Source: an uncultured Bacteroidota bacterium
GTDB lineage: Bacteria > Bacteroidota > Bacteroidia > Chitinophagales > Chitinophagaceae
Length of the DNA: 52,415 nt
Reading direction: 5' to 3'
NCBI GenBank assembly: GCA_903899675.1
Contig: CAIUKP010000056.1
Location: forward strand, 1 to 52,415
Both the position numbers and the translations under genes were made by a program. The notes under the pieces were generated by a model. It did not search any database and was not told where the DNA came from. It was given only the letters and a program-made list of their open reading frames with translations. Of this stretch, positions 1 through 10,008 are shown one piece after another; positions within the stretch are counted from its first letter, which is position 1; every line of letters begins with the position of its first letter.

Positions 1-11
1 AATTAGCATCT

Positions 12-740
12 ATGAGCACTACAATTTGTTTTGACTTTGGCAATACCCGCTTAAAAGCGGGGGTTTTTACCAATTGTGTATTTCGGGAAGAAGTAGTGCT
101 ATCGGGGCCTTCACCGGATGCCATATTGCCCTTACTAGAAAAGGAGCGTCCTGATAAAATCATTCTTTCTTCGGTTGTGAATCACCCCCCTGAAACGATC
201 GGGCTGCTGGAACAATATTCACGGTTCCACATGTTAAACCATGCCAGTAAATTGCCGCTTACTACCCCGGTTGGCAAACCCGAAACCATTGGGGCTGACC
301 GCTTGGCTATCTGTGCGGCAGCCGTAGATTTATTTCCCCATAACCATTGCCTGGCCATTGGTTTAGGCACTTGTATTACTTACAATTTTATTAACCAGTC
401 GCATGAATTTCTTGGAGGAAGCATTTCTCCGGGAATGAATATGCGGTTCAGGGCCATGCACGAACAAACTGCCCTGCTACCGATGGCTACCCCTGCCAAA
501 AGATTTCCACTAGTAGGGTACGATACCCTCACCAACTTGCAAAGTGGGGTAATTCAAGGAATTGCCTGTGAAATTGATGGCATTATCCATGCTTACCGCA
601 GCAAGTACAATAACCTGGAAGTATTGATTACCGGTGGAGACCTGGTATTTTTTGATGCCCTACTCACGCATCCAATGCACCGAGATCCCTATTTACTTTT
701 TAAAGGATTACACGCCATCTGCGAAGCTAATCTGCCCTGA
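12..740 (+). CDS. coaX: Type III pantothenate kinase
   Basis: DFGNTRLK N-terminal motif, GADR, GTCIT and GGSISPG motifs typical of CoaX. Confidence 0.92.
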   Translation: MSTTICFDFGNTRLKAGVFTNCVFREEVVLSGPSPDAILPLLEKERPDKIILSSVVNHPPETIGLLEQYSRFHMLNHASKLPLTTPVGKPETIGADRLAICAAAVDLFPHNHCLAIGLGTCITYNFINQSHEFLGGSISPGMNMRFRAMHEQTALLPMATPAKRFPLVGYDTLTNLQSGVIQGIACEIDGIIHAYRSKYNNLEVLITGGDLVFFDALLTHPMHRDPYLLFKGLHAICEANLP

Positions 741-783
741 TTTTCACTTTTCTTTCCCAAATAAATCATAGAACTTCGGGGGG

Positions 784-1419
784 ATGAATAAAAATTGTCT
801 GCTACCACTGCTCAGCTTTGTGTTACTATGCACATTACCTAGCTGTGAAAACGATATTAATGAAGTAAGAGCACTGGGTAAACAATCCACCAATGTGGAA
901 GTAGGTACCCAAATTGACAGCTACCTAAGCGTAGCCGGAAAAGTAAATGCACATTTGACTGCCCCAAAAATGCTTCGTTATCAGGGAAATGGCGTGCGCA
1001 AATCAGAATTTCCCAATACCCTGCATGTAGATTTTTACAATGATAGCATGAAGATCTACAGCCGCATAGATGCCCAGTATGGCAGCTATATAGAAAATGA
1101 ACGGAAAGTGTTGCTAAAAAATCATGTGGTGGCTTCTAATAATCTAGGCGACACCGTGTTTACCGATGAGTTGTGGTGGGATCAGGTAACCGAAAAATTT
1201 TACACCGACAAAAGGGTTATTATCAGCAAAAACTACCGGAGTGATTACTTTGATTGCGCAAAGGGGATGATAAGCGACCAAAACCTTTCAAACTTAGACC
1301 TGTTTTTGATTGAAAGCAACAGTTATGCTACTTTCCGGGATTCTTCCGCCACACCCCCACCTCCGCCGCCCGCAACCATTGCCCCTGCCTTACCCAACAT
1401 AAAAGCCCGAAGGAATTAG
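784..1419 (+). CDS. lptC: LPS export ABC transporter periplasmic protein LptC (lipoprotein)
   Basis: Lipobox-like LPSC; EFP..LHVDFY and TDELWWD...FYTDK patterns of Bacteroidota LptC; position after coaX and before a hemolysin-family gene. Confidence 0.8.
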   Translation: MNKNCLLPLLSFVLLCTLPSCENDINEVRALGKQSTNVEVGTQIDSYLSVAGKVNAHLTAPKMLRYQGNGVRKSEFPNTLHVDFYNDSMKIYSRIDAQYGSYIENERKVLLKNHVVASNNLGDTVFTDELWWDQVTEKFYTDKRVIISKNYRSDYFDCAKGMISDQNLSNLDLFLIESNSYATFRDSSATPPPPPPATIAPALPNIKARRN

Positions 1420-1443
1420 ACAACAGAAGAGCGTAAGGGTTTG

Positions 1444-1451
1444 TATATTTG
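1444..1451 (+). promoter_or_regulatory. Bacteroidota primary sigma factor -7 promoter element (TAnnTTTG)
   Basis: TATATTTG 15 nt upstream of the ATG at 1467. Confidence 0.55.
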
Positions 1452-1466
1452 TGCTAACTTTTTGGT

Positions 1467-2720
1467 ATGACTGAACTGGTTATTGTTATTGGCATTCTTA
1501 TTACCTTGATTATCATAGCCTTTTTTGCCGGGTATGAAATTGCATTTGTTACTGCCAACCGACTGAACATTGAACTTAAAAAAAAGCAGGGAACCCGCAA
1601 TGGAAGAATATTGTCGGGCTTTATGGAAAACCAGGCACGCTTTATTGGCACCTGTTTGGTTGGACTGAATATTTTTCTGGTAATTTATGGGCTGCTATTT
1701 GATGAGTTGTTGAAAATGACGCTCTGGAACCCTTTGAAAATTCCAAACGAATACTTGAAATTGGTATTTGATACCCTGCTTTCCACTGTAGTAGTTTTGC
1801 TACTGGGCGAATTTTTACCCAAAGCTATTTTTAGGGCCAAAAACGATTCACTACTGAATACATTCGCCCCCATTGCACAATTTTTTCATGGCCTTTTTCA
1901 ACCCATTACTAATTTTTTTGTAAATGCTTCTCAATGGATTCTAACCTATGTTTTAAATGTGCGGGTGAGCGAGCGAAATGAGGCTTTCTCGAAAATAGAC
2001 TTAGAACATTTTTTTCAGCAAACCCGCGAGCAAGACGAGGAAAGTGCCGAACTGAACACAGAATTGTTTGAAAATGCCCTTAGCTTGCCCATGGTTAAAA
2101 TCAGACAATGCCTGGTTCCAAGAACCGAAATTGAAGCCTGTGAATTACTTAGCCCTATCGAAACCCTTCAGCAACAGTTTATACAAACACAGCTGAGTAA
2201 GCTGGTGATTTATGATGACAATATTGACAACATTGTTGGGTATGTTCATCAGCTAGACTTATTTAACCGACCCGCATATATTCAGTCGATTTTACACCCC
2301 ATGATTGCCGTTCCTGAAACCATGAGTGCGCCCGACTTGATGAATAAGTTTACCAAAGAACGAAAAAGTATTGCCTGGGTAGTGGATGAGTTTGGAGGCA
2401 CAGCTGGAATTGTTACAATGGAAGACCTGCTGGAAGAAATTTTCGGTGAAATTAGAGATGAATATGATGTAGAAGAAACAGATGATAAACTGGAAAATGA
2501 TGAATATACTTTCAGTGGCCGGCTAGAACTCGACTACCTGAATGAGAAATACGAACTGGATTTCCCAAATGGGAATTCTGAAACCCTGAGCGGTTATATT
2601 ATTCAGCAAAATGAGGCCATTCCCAAACAAAAAGAATTTATAATAATAGATCGCTTTCGTTTTGAAATACTGGAAGTTAGTGATACCCGAATAGAAAAAG
2701 TAAAAATGAAAGTACTCTAA
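1467..2720 (+). CDS. HlyC/CorC (CNNM) family transporter: DUF21 + CBS pair + CorC domain
   Basis: N-terminal TM region with FFAGYEIAF, GEFLPKA, VVDEFGGTAGIVTMEDLLEEIFGEIRDEYD. Confidence 0.9.
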   Translation: MTELVIVIGILITLIIIAFFAGYEIAFVTANRLNIELKKKQGTRNGRILSGFMENQARFIGTCLVGLNIFLVIYGLLFDELLKMTLWNPLKIPNEYLKLVFDTLLSTVVVLLLGEFLPKAIFRAKNDSLLNTFAPIAQFFHGLFQPITNFFVNASQWILTYVLNVRVSERNEAFSKIDLEHFFQQTREQDEESAELNTELFENALSLPMVKIRQCLVPRTEIEACELLSPIETLQQQFIQTQLSKLVIYDDNIDNIVGYVHQLDLFNRPAYIQSILHPMIAVPETMSAPDLMNKFTKERKSIAWVVDEFGGTAGIVTMEDLLEEIFGEIRDEYDVEETDDKLENDEYTFSGRLELDYLNEKYELDFPNGNSETLSGYIIQQNEAIPKQKEFIIIDRFRFEILEVSDTRIEKVKMKVL

Positions 2721-2786
2721 TAAAGCAATACAATTTTATTGCCCGCCACCCCTTACCTTTATCACCGCATTTATTTGAATTTCTAC

Positions 2787-3641
2787 ATGGCTTTATTCAA
2801 TACTCCATCCGACGGTTCTGCCCCTGAAATGACGTTCATCGACCATCTGGAGGAATTACGGGTTCGTATCATTCGGTCGGCTGCCGCAATTTTGATAATG
2901 GCAGTAGTGATATTTATCTATCGTGATTGGATTTTCGATTATGTAGTTACAGGGCCAATCAATCCCGACTTTGTTTCTTACCGGGTACTCTGCAACTTCA
3001 GCCATTGGGCTCATATGGGAGATGCACTTTGCATGCCCCCCGTTAAGGTAAATATGCAAAGCAACACTTTTGGCGGTCAATTTTTGGGTAGTATCTCTAT
3101 GGCATTGGTGGGGGGGATTATTATGGCATTCCCATTTATTTTCTGGCAATTCTGGCTATTTATCAAGCCGGCATTAAAAGAAAATGAAAGTAAAAATACC
3201 CGCTATGTAATTTTCTGGGTAACCTTCTTTTTCTTTTGCGGTGCCTCGTTTGGGTTCTTCTTGCTCGGACCGTTTACTTTTAACTTTTTGGCAGGGTTTC
3301 AACTGGGTAATCGGGGAACCATTGTTACTTTACCCACATTTACCGATTATATCGACAATCTTACTAATATCATTTTAGGCTGTGGATTGGCATTCGAGTT
3401 GCCGGTTCTGGCCTTTATACTTACTAAGATTGGCATAATTTCCCCTAGTTTTTTGCGTAAAACACGTAAGTATGCCGTGGTGATTATACTGATAGTGGCC
3501 GCGTTTATTACCCCTAGTCCAGACTGGATGAGCCAAATGATTGTATTTACACCCCTGTTTCTTTTATATGAGCTTAGTATTTTGGTATCTGCCAGGGTAT
3601 ATAAGGAAGTTCAGGAAAAAGAAGCTGAAGAATGGAGTTAA
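2787..3641 (+). CDS. tatC: Twin-arginine translocase subunit TatC
   Basis: FIDHLEELR, F..PAL, FELP and ITP.PD motifs; start moved from 2739 to the ATG at 2787. Confidence 0.95.
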   Translation: MALFNTPSDGSAPEMTFIDHLEELRVRIIRSAAAILIMAVVIFIYRDWIFDYVVTGPINPDFVSYRVLCNFSHWAHMGDALCMPPVKVNMQSNTFGGQFLGSISMALVGGIIMAFPFIFWQFWLFIKPALKENESKNTRYVIFWVTFFFFCGASFGFFLLGPFTFNFLAGFQLGNRGTIVTLPTFTDYIDNLTNIILGCGLAFELPVLAFILTKIGIISPSFLRKTRKYAVVIILIVAAFITPSPDWMSQMIVFTPLFLLYELSILVSARVYKEVQEKEAEEWS

Positions 3642-3717
3642 TAGCCTGTTTATCCATCCATATATTTTTTAACGGCCGGTTCTTCTAATCTATTATCTTA
3701 GCGGTAATCTCAACAGC

Positions 3718-4176
3718 ATGTCATACGTTTTTTCTCCCTCACTTCCCATTGCCATAGGTTCAGACCATGCAGGTTTTGCCTACAAAGCGGAATTAATGCA
3801 ATGGCTTTCTGCAGAGGGCTATTGTTTACAAGATCTTGGAACTTTTAGTGAGGCCTCGGTAGATTATCCTGACTTTGCCCATCCCGTTTGCAACCTCGTT
3901 GAAAACGGAACAGCCGCATTTGGCATTTTAATTTGTGGAAGCGCCAATGGTGTGGCTATGACCGCCAATAAGCACAGCGGAATTCGTGCCGGACTCTGCT
4001 GGGTAAATGAAGTTGCCTCACTGGTAAGATTGCACAACAATGCCAATGTAATCTGTATCCCCGCCCGATTTGTAAGCTTAGAAGCAGCCAAAGAAATGAT
4101 TCATACTTTTATGACCACTGCTTTTGAAGGAGGCAGACATGAAAATCGGGTAAATAAAATCGCTTGTATCATTTAA
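3718..4176 (+). CDS. rpiB: Ribose 5-phosphate isomerase B
   Basis: IGSDHAG, VDYPDFA, CGSANG, HNNAN and FEGGRH motifs. Confidence 0.95.
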   Translation: MSYVFSPSLPIAIGSDHAGFAYKAELMQWLSAEGYCLQDLGTFSEASVDYPDFAHPVCNLVENGTAAFGILICGSANGVAMTANKHSGIRAGLCWVNEVASLVRLHNNANVICIPARFVSLEAAKEMIHTFMTTAFEGGRHENRVNKIACII

Positions 4177-4186
4177 TCAACATACC

Positions 4187-5722
4187 ATGAAAAAACAGTT
4201 ACTGAGTGTTTTACTTCCGCTGTTGTCGTTAACAGCCTGGGCTCAAAAGCCGGAAGATGCCGAAAAATATGCGACCCTTATTACGGCAGAGGGCTTAAAA
4301 GAAAAACTTACCATTCTGGCAGGCGCCGAAATGGAAGGCAGAGAAACCGCTTCCCCCGGACAAAAAAGAGCAGCCTCTTTTATTGAAGAGCGATTTAAAA
4401 GCATGGGATTGAAGCCAGGAAATGGTGAAAGCTACCAGCAATTGTTTACCGTTTATCAGGATGTTTTATCCGATAAAAAACTGATGGTAAACGGAAGAAC
4501 TTTTGTATGGGATCAAGAATATGCTTTTTCCCTTGCCACCATTTCTAGCGGAAACTGGAACTATAATTCAGTTGTATTTGCCGGCAATGGCGTGGTAGAT
4601 TCTGCTGCAAAAATAAATGACTATGCCGGACTAGATGTAAAAGGCAAATTGGTAATTATTATTGATGCTGGAACTGCAGCTCCCGCTAATCGGGGCATGG
4701 GCGGTTTATCTAGTGCAAAAATCAATGCAGCCCGCAGCCGCGGTGCCGCAGGAATCTGGGTGGTTACCAGCGACTTTCCTAAGAAAAACCCTACCCAACT
4801 CAAGGGCAGAATGAGCATAAAAGCCCCAGCAACCACTAATGCTGCCAATAACTTTCTGGTGGCCACGGTTTCACCCGATGTGGCTGCAGCAGCTATTGGA
4901 AGAACTGGATCTTTATCCGCAGCACAATGGAAAGAAATTCCTAATGGAACTTATATTTCTGAAATAAAAGTAGCTGCCCAAAAATCTACTGAATCTCTCG
5001 AAAGCAGCAATGTGATTGGCATTCTACCGGGTACAGACAAAAAAGAAGAATACCTCTTTATTACTGGCCACTACGACCATTTGGGGAAAGTAGGTGATGT
5101 AATTTGGTATGGAGCGGACGATGATGGCTCGGGAACAGTTTCTGTTATGCAGATGGCAGAAGCTTTTGCAGCTGCCGCTAAAAAACATAAGGGGCCTCGC
5201 AGAACCATCGCATTTATGACGGTGAGTGGAGAAGAAAAAGGACTCCTGGGTTCTGAGTATTATTCCGACCATCCCATTTATCCGCTAGATAAAACCACTG
5301 CTAACCTGAATATCGATATGGTAGGTAGAGTAGACACAGAACGTAAAACAGCCGACACCCTTAATTATGTATACGTAATTGGGCACGACAAGCTTAGCTC
5401 AGAATTACCCGGTATTAATGAAGGGGCAAATAATAAATATACTGGTCTGGTATTGGACTATAAATTCGACGACCCCAACGATAAGAACCGCATTTATTAT
5501 AGAAGCGACCACTACAATTTTGCACGTAAAGGAGTTCCTATTTTATTTTTCTATGATGGAATGCTGCTAGCCGATTATCACAAACCCACCGATACTGTTG
5601 AAAAAATCAACTTCCCTTTAATGGAAAAAAGAGCGAAGATGATTTTCCATACAGGATGGGAAATGGTTAACCGCGATAACATGCTGAAAAGAGATACACC
5701 CTTGAATATGCCAGGCAGATAA
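4187..5722 (+). CDS. Secreted M28 family metallopeptidase with PA-like insert
   Basis: Signal peptide; GHYDH, GADDDGSG, GEEKGLLGS, NIDM, RSDH and DYH motifs. Confidence 0.9.
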   Translation: MKKQLLSVLLPLLSLTAWAQKPEDAEKYATLITAEGLKEKLTILAGAEMEGRETASPGQKRAASFIEERFKSMGLKPGNGESYQQLFTVYQDVLSDKKLMVNGRTFVWDQEYAFSLATISSGNWNYNSVVFAGNGVVDSAAKINDYAGLDVKGKLVIIIDAGTAAPANRGMGGLSSAKINAARSRGAAGIWVVTSDFPKKNPTQLKGRMSIKAPATTNAANNFLVATVSPDVAAAAIGRTGSLSAAQWKEIPNGTYISEIKVAAQKSTESLESSNVIGILPGTDKKEEYLFITGHYDHLGKVGDVIWYGADDDGSGTVSVMQMAEAFAAAAKKHKGPRRTIAFMTVSGEEKGLLGSEYYSDHPIYPLDKTTANLNIDMVGRVDTERKTADTLNYVYVIGHDKLSSELPGINEGANNKYTGLVLDYKFDDPNDKNRIYYRSDHYNFARKGVPILFFYDGMLLADYHKPTDTVEKINFPLMEKRAKMIFHTGWEMVNRDNMLKRDTPLNMPGR

Positions 5723-5735
5723 TTCTATTGATTTG

Positions 5736-5774
5736 CATAAAAAAGCCGCATCTTTTGAATGCGGCTTTTTTATG
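5736..5774. terminator. Bidirectional intrinsic terminator
   Basis: Perfect 16-bp inverted repeat CATAAAAAAGCCGCAT / ATGCGGCTTTTTTATG with a 7-nt loop, between convergent genes. Confidence 0.9.
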
Positions 5775-5797
5775 ACTATGATTTTGGATGCCGTGTA

Positions 5798-6772
5798 TTA
5801 ATGCCCTAGCAAATAAGCAAAAATCAGTGGTACTACAATGGTAGCATCACTTTCAACAATAAATTTTGGCGTATGGATATCTAATTTGCCCCAGGTAATT
5901 TTTTCATTGGGCACCGCTCCGGAATAAGATCCATAAGAAGTGGTAGAATCGCTGATCTGACAGAAATAACTCCAAAAAGGTACATCATGCCAAGAAAGGT
6001 CTTGGTACATCATAGGTACTACGCAAATGGGAAAATCACCGGCTATTCCTCCTCCTATTTGGAAAAATCCAACCCCTTTGCCCGCACTATTATTGCGATA
6101 CCAATCAGCCAGCCAAACCATGTATTCTATTCCGCTTTTCATGGTAGAAGCCTGCAATTCGCCTTTAATTACATAAGAGGCAAAAATATTACCCATAGTA
6201 CTATCTTCCCAACCTGGAACTACAATGGGTAGATTCTTTTCGGCAGCTGCCAGCATCCAGCTGTTTTTCGGATCAATCTCATAATATTGTTCCAATACCC
6301 CACTCAACAGCATTTGATACATATATTCATGGGGGAAATAGCGGGCCCCTTTGTCTTCTGCATCTTTCCAAACATGATAAATGTGTTTCTGCAAACGACG
6401 AAAAGCTTCTTCTTCGGGAATACAGGTATCGGTAACCCGGTTATAGTGATTTTCGAGTAAATCCCACTCTTCCTGCGGGCTCAGATCGCGATAATTGGGT
6501 ACGCGCTTATAATGACTGTGGGCTACCAGATTCATGATATCCTCTTCGAGGTTAGCACCGGTGCAGCTGATAATGGCCACTTTGTCTTGGCGAATCATTT
6601 CGGCTAAGCTGATACCTAATTCGGCAGTACTCATGGCTCCGGCCAGGCTCACCAGCATTTTGCCTCCCTCCAGCAAATGGGTTTCATAGCCTTTGGCAGC
6701 GTCTACTAGGGCGGCAGCATTAAAGTGCCGGTATTGGTGTTCAATGAATTGTGAAATAGGACCTTTTGGCAT
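5798..6772 (-). CDS. Deoxyhypusine synthase-like protein (probably homospermidine/polyamine biosynthesis)
   Basis: LAGAMSTAELG, TGANLEED, IGGG, GSYSGA...EKITWGK and ESDAT motifs. Confidence 0.9.
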   Translation of the reverse strand: MPKGPISQFIEHQYRHFNAAALVDAAKGYETHLLEGGKMLVSLAGAMSTAELGISLAEMIRQDKVAIISCTGANLEEDIMNLVAHSHYKRVPNYRDLSPQEEWDLLENHYNRVTDTCIPEEEAFRRLQKHIYHVWKDAEDKGARYFPHEYMYQMLLSGVLEQYYEIDPKNSWMLAAAEKNLPIVVPGWEDSTMGNIFASYVIKGELQASTMKSGIEYMVWLADWYRNNSAGKGVGFFQIGGGIAGDFPICVVPMMYQDLSWHDVPFWSYFCQISDSTTSYGSYSGAVPNEKITWGKLDIHTPKFIVESDATIVVPLIFAYLLGH

Positions 6773-6789
6773 ATATATATGTTGAGGCG

Positions 6790-6797
6790 CAAAGGTA
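6790..6797 (-). promoter_or_regulatory. -7 promoter element for the DHS-like gene
   Basis: TACCTTTG on the minus strand, 17 nt before the start. Confidence 0.55.
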
Positions 6798-6874
6798 ATT
6801 TTTTAATTGAGTTTATGGCATGCTTATCCCGAAATACCAACCAGTTTCAAAAGGGGCGGGCAGGTAAATTTTAG

Positions 6875-6882
6875 TAGTTTTG
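6875..6882 (+). promoter_or_regulatory. -7 promoter element for the methyltransferase/glycosylation cluster
   Basis: TAGTTTTG; it overlaps the ORF-track TTG start at 6880, which favours the ATG at 6937. Confidence 0.5.
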
Positions 6883-6936
6883 CGGAAGCTGATCCGGCAA
6901 AATAGGAAACCCCGGATTTTCATCCACCCCCATACT

Positions 6937-7698
6937 ATGGATCAGGCCTACTTTAAAGACTATTACCACCTAGAACGGGAGCACTGGTGGTTTTTGGTTA
7001 GAAGAAAAATTTTAGCGGAAAGAATCAACACCCTACTTAATCGTCCGAGGCAAATTCATTCATTGAATGTAGGGGCGGCTACGGGTACTACTTCAGATAT
7101 GCTGATGGAATTTGGAGAAGTGATGAGTATTGAATACGATGAGGATTGTTGCCGGTTTACCCAGGGGTTTTTACAAACTCCCATCATCCAAGGGTCGATA
7201 CTCGAATTACCATTTAATGATAACCAATATGATTTGGTAACTGCATTTGATGTAATTGAACATGTAGAAGATCATCAGAAAGCGGTAGAAGAACTCTGGC
7301 GGGTGTGCAAACCTGGGGGACATATTGCTATAACCGTTCCGGCATACCAGTTTTTATGGGGGCCGCACGACGAGATCAATCATCATTTTAGAAGATATAC
7401 CGCTACTCAGTTAAAACAATTGCTTGATCCACTGAAAGGGCGGATGATCTATGCCACTTACTATAATTCTTTTTTATTTTTACCCATAGCAGCTTTTCGC
7501 TTGTTGGTTAAATTCATACATGCCTTGCAAGGAAAAAAAGAGGAGCCACCGGCACGTTCAGACCATGAGGTTTTGGGCATCCATGGATGGATTAACCGCC
7601 TACTATCGGGCATCTTTCACCTTGATTATTACTGGTTAAAAGCAGGACTTCGTTTTCCGGCCGGTGTTTCTATCATGATTTTCTTTAAAAAAATCTAA
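6937..7698 (+). CDS. Class I SAM-dependent methyltransferase
   Basis: E..HWWF N-terminus, LNVGAATG motif I, FDVIEH, KPGG, HFRRY. Confidence 0.85.
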   Translation: MDQAYFKDYYHLEREHWWFLVRRKILAERINTLLNRPRQIHSLNVGAATGTTSDMLMEFGEVMSIEYDEDCCRFTQGFLQTPIIQGSILELPFNDNQYDLVTAFDVIEHVEDHQKAVEELWRVCKPGGHIAITVPAYQFLWGPHDEINHHFRRYTATQLKQLLDPLKGRMIYATYYNSFLFLPIAAFRLLVKFIHALQGKKEEPPARSDHEVLGIHGWINRLLSGIFHLDYYWLKAGLRFPAGVSIMIFFKKI

Positions 7699-7757
7699 CT
7701 AAAACAATTCCCGTCTGCCATAATAACTTGGCAGTAAAACCCTTTAGATTTCGAAAC

Positions 7758-8972
7758 ATGAACAAAAACTATTTCCAATGGCTATACAAAACTTTCTCTC
7801 TGCCGGGAGGCAGAAAAATACCCTTGGTGTATGGCATTTGGTTTTTATTGGCAGCCGTGGCAGTTTTATTAGAAATGGCGAGGGGGCTGGGTTCTATCGA
7901 TAATTTTTTGATATACCGGGGCGTTTTTTGGCATGTTTTCGAACAAAAAAATCTGTTTCAGCTTTACCCATTAGAATATGAATCATTCAATAACTACGGT
8001 CCTGCTTTTTCAATAATCATCGCCCCATTTGCCTTACTGCCAGTATATATTGGTTGCTTTTTATGGGCAATGACCGGCGCAATCGTATTATTCTTTGCCA
8101 TCCAAAAACTACCCCTCCTCTCACAACAAAAAACAATCGTTTTGTGGATCAGCTGCATAGAAATGATGACGGCTACCCATAATGTTCAGTTTAATACGAT
8201 GCTTACAGCCTTTATTATCTTGTCTTTTGTTTTTACTCTCGAGGGGAAAGACTGGCTGGCAACCTTATTTATTGCAGTAGGTACTCTTAGCAAAGTATAT
8301 GGAGTAGTGGGATTGTTGTTTTTCTTCTTTTCTAAGAACAAAAAACAATTTGCATTCACTTATATAGGATGGATGTTGTTAATAGTATGCTTGCCGATGC
8401 TATATTCCAGCTATCATTACATCTTACAAACCTATGGAGAATGGTTTCAGCAAATTGCCAAGAGAAATGAACAAAACGTTTTCAATTCAACCTATGCCGG
8501 CATGCAAGACATATCGGCCATGGGCATGATAAGAAGAATTTTCGGCTGGTATAGTTTTCCCGAAATGAAACTAGTAGCAGCGGCAGGCATTGCCCTGTTA
8601 TTGCCATTTGTAAAAACGAATCGGTGGAGGATGTTCGAATTTCAGCTTTTGTACCTGTCGCTATTACTCATTACAGTAGTAGTGTTTAGTTCTGCATCGG
8701 AAAGTCCCAGCTTTGTGCTAGCCGTTACCGGGGCAGCTGTATGGTTGGCAAAAAAACCAATTCCATGGAAAAGCGGCTACCGTATATTGTTAATTGGGTT
8801 ATTTTTATTTACTATTTTATCGCCTACCGACCTGATTCCTGCTTATATTAGAACTAATTTTATACAGGCATATTCTTTAAAAGCCCTGCCTTGTTGTGTA
8901 ATTTGGGTGATAATTTTAGTAGAAGCGTATCGTATCCGTGATAACAGAGCAATTGGCACTATAACAAAATAA
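7758..8972 (+). CDS. GT87 / DUF2029 polytopic membrane glycosyltransferase (GT-C fold)
   Basis: Multi-TM protein with NFLIY...YGPAF...PFA, NVQFN and ESPSF motifs typical of Bacteroidota DUF2029; start ATG 7758 chosen. Confidence 0.75.
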   Translation: MNKNYFQWLYKTFSLPGGRKIPLVYGIWFLLAAVAVLLEMARGLGSIDNFLIYRGVFWHVFEQKNLFQLYPLEYESFNNYGPAFSIIIAPFALLPVYIGCFLWAMTGAIVLFFAIQKLPLLSQQKTIVLWISCIEMMTATHNVQFNTMLTAFIILSFVFTLEGKDWLATLFIAVGTLSKVYGVVGLLFFFFSKNKKQFAFTYIGWMLLIVCLPMLYSSYHYILQTYGEWFQQIAKRNEQNVFNSTYAGMQDISAMGMIRRIFGWYSFPEMKLVAAAGIALLLPFVKTNRWRMFEFQLLYLSLLLITVVVFSSASESPSFVLAVTGAAVWLAKKPIPWKSGYRILLIGLFLFTILSPTDLIPAYIRTNFIQAYSLKALPCCVIWVIILVEAYRIRDNRAIGTITK

Positions 8973-8976
8973 AATT

Positions 8977-9972
8977 ATGAAGATACTTGTAACCGGCGCG
9001 GATGGATTTATCGGCTCCCATCTAACAGAAATGTTGGTGCGCAAGGGGTATGATGTGCGGGCATTTGTTTTGTATAATTCCTTTAACTCCTGGGGTTGGC
9101 TAGACGAATGCGGAGAAGATGTTGCGGGAAAGTTTGAAGTGTTTGCTGGGGATATTCGGGATCCTTATGGAGTAAAGAAAGCCATGCAGGGGTGTGATGC
9201 AGTATTGCACCTTGCTGCACTGATTGGCATTCCCTACTCATACCATTCCCCCGACACCTATGTAGATACCAACATTAAGGGAACCCTAAACATTGTGCAG
9301 GCAGCCCGCGAATTGGGCGTTGGAAAAGTAGTGCATACCTCCACCAGTGAAGTGTATGGCACTGCTCAATTTGTTCCTATAACTGAAGAACATCCGCTTC
9401 AGGGTCAATCTCCCTACTCGGCCAGCAAAATAGGAGCCGATCAGATTGCGCTTTCGTTTTATACTTCTTTTGAAACACCCGTAGCGGTGCTGCGCCCATT
9501 TAACACGTATGGGCCCCGACAGTCTGCCCGGGCTGTTATCCCTACCCTTATTTCTCAAATTGCTGCCGGTAAAAAAGAAATTCAATTAGGTGCCACCACG
9601 CCTACCCGTGACTTCTCTTATGTAACAGATACTGCTGCTGGATTTATAAAAGCATTGGAGTCGAAAGAAATAATTGGAACCGTTACCAATCTGGGTAGTG
9701 GCTTTGAAATCAGTATTGGAAAAACAGCCGAATTAATTGCTTCGCTGATGGGGGCGACTGTAACATTTACTACTGATAACAATCGAATTCGTCCCGAAAA
9801 AAGTGAGGTAGAAAGACTATTCGCCAGCTATGAAAAAGCTAAACAGCGAATGGGTTGGGAGCCGGAATATGGAGGGGAGGAAGGTTTTAAGAAGGGATTG
9901 ATGAAAACAATTGAATGGTTCAGCAACCCCAAGAACTTATCCCGCTATAAAATTGATAATTACGCCATCTGA
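8977..9972 (+). CDS. legB: NAD-dependent nucleotide-sugar 4,6-dehydratase (LegB-like)
   Basis: ILVTGADGFIGSHL, HLAALIGIPYSY, STSEVYGTA, SPYSASK, RPFNTYGPRQSARAVIP. Confidence 0.8.
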   Translation: MKILVTGADGFIGSHLTEMLVRKGYDVRAFVLYNSFNSWGWLDECGEDVAGKFEVFAGDIRDPYGVKKAMQGCDAVLHLAALIGIPYSYHSPDTYVDTNIKGTLNIVQAARELGVGKVVHTSTSEVYGTAQFVPITEEHPLQGQSPYSASKIGADQIALSFYTSFETPVAVLRPFNTYGPRQSARAVIPTLISQIAAGKKEIQLGATTPTRDFSYVTDTAAGFIKALESKEIIGTVTNLGSGFEISIGKTAELIASLMGATVTFTTDNNRIRPEKSEVERLFASYEKAKQRMGWEPEYGGEEGFKKGLMKTIEWFSNPKNLSRYKIDNYAI

Positions 9973-10008
9973 TGGTGGGTTTATAGTAACATTGTATAAA
10001 AATTCGGC

